This document shows positions 61,418 to 64,000 of a stretch of DNA of 64,000 nucleotides, in pieces. The translations under genes were made by a program, and so were the position numbers. Numbering within the stretch: position 1 is the stretch's first letter; each line of letters opens with the position of its first letter. This stretch comes from Massalongia carnosa (Eukaryota). The stretch is from contig OZ287077.1 in the NCBI GenBank assembly GCA_965645245.1, positions 310,001-374,000 on the forward strand, read 5' to 3'. The notes beneath the pieces were generated by a model. It ran no database searches, was not told where the DNA came from, and saw only the letters and a program-made list of their open reading frames with translations.

Positions 61418-62071
61418 GATGGTGATGCACCAGGTGAATAGGCAGGTCGAACGTAGTGTCACGGTGCGAGGTCAGGTAGGAATTCAGGTGGTGCAAACGT
61501 GTTACTTGATTGTCTAGCTAGGTGGACAAGACGTTCGACAAGGAGAAAAGAAACAGAAAATCCAACGTGGGCGAGTATAAGACTCTGGCGAACGGAACTA
61601 GTCCCAATCCAGCCGTTGATCCAATTTCCCCAAGTCCCTAGCATGAAACTATCGCCATGACACTATTGATAGTCGGAACACTTACCTTTGAACCGGATTA
61701 AGCTTAGTTCCTTTCGGATCGGCTAACCGGCTAGTGCTTCGTTCAAGCAGCTAAGGTTGATTCAATGAACTAACTGGCAGGTGCCCAGTCACTCCATGAC
61801 AGATATGGCGTCAATTCAGTGTTACGAGGCCGATTACCACTTATGGGGGTCAAAGAAGCACGAAGCATGGTGAAATTATGAGGTGGAAGATAGGGGGTTG
61901 ATGAGTTGAAAACGCGAAATCACGAAAATCACGGGTTGGGCCGCAGACTTTCGGCACGGGACTGTAGACAGATCTCAATAGAATATACCTTCATGCAATC
62001 TTCTCTCCTCCCTACCTGATATACCATTTAACTCAGTAACTACTTTTTTGCTCAGTAGGACTAATTGCGTT

Positions 62072-62223
62072 TACGCCGCGCAACGGGTTGGGTTTTCGCC
62101 ACAAATTTGCTTTTTCGCTACGGGGTTTTTCTTTCAAAACTCAACCCGGACACCATAAATCATAGGGTTCGCCACAAACGGGTTTGGTTTTCAGTAGAGA
62201 AACCTGACCCGTTTCGCGGCGTA
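62072..62223. mobile_element. hAT-type MITE, 152 bp
   Basis: TACGCCGCGCAACGGGT...ACCCGTTTCGCGGCGTA; exact 8-bp TSD ATTGCGTT. Confidence 0.9.
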
Positions 62224-62585
62224 ATTGCGTTAGTTATAGAAGGTTCGGTGACGCGATTTTGATATACGCTCCAACAATAATGATAAAGAGAAAAGAAAAA
62301 CTCGAAAGATCGAACTCGTCTCTATAAAGCAATTCTTCTCTAGTCTACATGCAGTAAGGTTGCGAAAGAGTTTTCCGCGTTATCTTGTGACTCCCGTTAT
62401 AGGGTGGAGCGGTGATACTCTAAATTCAAATTGCTAGCGGTTCGGGAGTTGGTTCTTTTCGGCTCATACTCGGTAAAGGTAGCGGGGAAGTCAGGTGACA
62501 GTCTTTCTTTTAGCTTAGTTATAGATGATTCTTTTCCTTTTGGAGCAAGCATGGTCGTAGCAATAGCTACACAACACATAGCATC

Positions 62586-63434
62586 TACGCCGCGGAATGG
62601 GATGGGTTGGGTTCGGGTTGGGTTATTTTTGGGTTGGGTTGGGTTCGGGTTGGGTTTTCATTGGGTTACCCAAATCACATGCTTAGTAATAGACCTTGAC
62701 TTATCAACGTGGCGATCGGCGTTAGTATCTTATGTATTCTCAACTATACCATCTACTTACCATTAGGCATACTCTTCCTGGTGGTTGGTTTTCTTATCGC
62801 ACCAGTTCTGGCACCTGGTCCGGGTATTCTGTCGAGTGTTCGGTTTGGAATTCGCGCAGGTTTGCGCGTACGCTTGCGTGGAGTCTTCGGTGCCATATCT
62901 AAAAGCAAACAGGCAAGCAGACAGGTTATCAGTGGTCGCGCGTGGCAACTAGGTTAGGTTGGGTATGGTTAGGTTCAGTATGACTAGGTTTGGTTGGCTA
63001 GTTTAGGTGGAATATGTATGCATGCGTTGGATTTGACTAAGTGTTTAGAACGTAAACGTAGTTATTAATGCTTTATCGCAACATAATCTAGTCAATGAAG
63101 TTACATTCCTACAGCTACATTCCTACTGTTATATCCTATATATACATTCCTATATATACAATCCTCGTCATTCGCAACAATGAGCAGCTCGCAGATGATA
63201 GATTCAGAGATATACGATCTTCAAGTTGTGGGCAAACCCACCAGATGCTACGCATATGTGGCCGAGAAGAGCGAGGAATTTATGGAATGGTGGCGAAGTA
63301 CGAGATGGCATTTTGCTAATGAAGAGAAGAGTAGAAAGGCGATGAAGAAGATCGATTGGGGATCGACCAAAAGAAAGGCAGCGGAATGGAAAGAGTTTCA
63401 GGAAGGCGCCACTGTGGGCGATGGTAATCCCAAA
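62586..63434 (+). mobile_element. 5' end of a probable autonomous hAT-like element (ORF from 63180), cut by an LTR
   Basis: Terminus TACGCCGCGGAATGGG plus GGGTT subterminal repeats matching the MITEs. The ORF (FMEWW...W...W) is truncated before diagnostic motifs. Confidence 0.55.
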
Positions 63435-63530
63435 TGTCACGGAATCGCTTCGCACCCTCCCGCTTGTCCTGATCGGGTTAGTATTTAACAGGGCCCATTG
63501 CTGTCATCCATCGTGCTCAGGCGTTCTTCT
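63435..63530. mobile_element. LTR fragment related to the 54789 solo LTR
   Basis: Shares TGTCA.GGAAT...TCGCACCCTCCC...TCCTGATCGGGTTAGTATTTAACAGG. Confidence 0.7.
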
Positions 63531-64000
63531 TGTTGAAGTGAATTGTTGATCACTATAGTGCATGTACGAATATTTAGAAGGAATAGTTTTGATTAATTCT
63601 ATCGTGGGTGCTTTTGAGCACCCACATCGGCTAAACTACCCTAGGCCCATTCCGGCCAAGCAGTCACCAACTGCCTGACACTTGTCCGTTAGGCTAATGT
63701 TTAGCGTAACATCAACACTCCCACTCAGGCATGGTGTCTGCCTTGGTTGATGCTATTCAGAAATTGCCCTGCCCTACCTCATGCCCATCATGGCCCTAAA
63801 GGCCTGGAACCTTGCTGGTGGTAGCGGCTTTGTCATCCCATCTGCTATCATTTCATTCGTTGAAATGTATGTGATGATTATCTTTCGGTCTAGTACAACT
63901 TCCCTTATCCAATGATGTCGTACGTCAATATGCTTTGTTCGTTTATGGAACTCTGGGTTAGCGGTAAGGTCAATCGCCCCCTTGTTGTCTGCTCGGAGGT
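63531..64000 (-). mobile_element. Ty1/copia 3' end: RNase H tail (stop at 63774), PPT and 3' LTR (63717-~63531)
   Basis: ADNKGAIDL..NPEFHKRTKHIDVRHHWIRE...ADGMTKPL; GAGTGGGAG|TGTTG...CAACA. Confidence 0.9.

Larger units (their letters stand above)
55938..61801 (-). mobile_element. Ty3/gypsy chromovirus, apparently intact and recent
   Basis: 345-bp LTRs 55938-56282 and 61457-61801, apparently identical; exact TSD GATAT; open gag and pol. Confidence 0.97.
47818..61964 (-). mobile_element. Tc1-like DD34E transposon (~1.34 kb when reconstructed), split by three LTR insertions
   Basis: TA-flanked TIRs CAGTCCCGTGCCGAAAGTCTGCGGCCC / TAGTACTAGGCCAAAAGTCTGCGGCCC. Transposase pieces: ATG at 61868, 55932-55279 (WSDE, VMVWAAF), 54783-54641 (QDNAPIH...PDLNPIE), 48188-~47975 (HVW...YTKY). 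Confidence 0.9.

Noticed and set aside
36889..61644. Many short antisense or overlapping ORFs within gag/pol and LTRs
   Set aside because: Shadow frames of retroelement coding sequence; they recur only because the elements are repeated.
62600..62670. GGGTT repeats resembling telomeric sequence
   Set aside because: Not TTAGGG arrays; they match the ACCCG/AACCC subterminal repeats of the hAT family.
1..64000. Starship or other giant-element cargo interpretation
   Set aside because: No tyrosine-recombinase captain or typical accessory genes are visible in the window; cannot be excluded outside it.

Overview
Fungal DNA (filamentous ascomycete-like, with short spliceosomal introns), mostly nested transposable elements. 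Three host-type genes survive: a divergent DDGS-like sugar-phosphate cyclase (7222-8691), and a divergently transcribed pair of an MFS sugar transporter (27843-26029) and a cytochrome P450 lacking the I-helix Thr (29458-31089). The TE content is five Ty3/gypsy elements with Tf1-type self-priming PBSs (one apparently intact), two Ty1/copia elements, two TRIM-like non-autonomous LTR elements, several solo LTRs, three Tc1-like elements, two pogo/Fot1 fragments, MULE remnants, a hAT MITE family and one intact piggyBac. The most unusual features are: (i) a 3.7-kb DD34E element whose ~210-bp TIRs each lead into an inward-facing gene, the transposase on one side and an unknown ~700-aa Cys/His + SAM-like protein on the other; (ii) a piggyBac apparently flanked by TA rather than TTAA; (iii) a DD38E Tc1-like element without a TA TSD; (iv) a self-priming TRIM. 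All calls were made by eye with no database searches. Boundaries may be off by a few bases.
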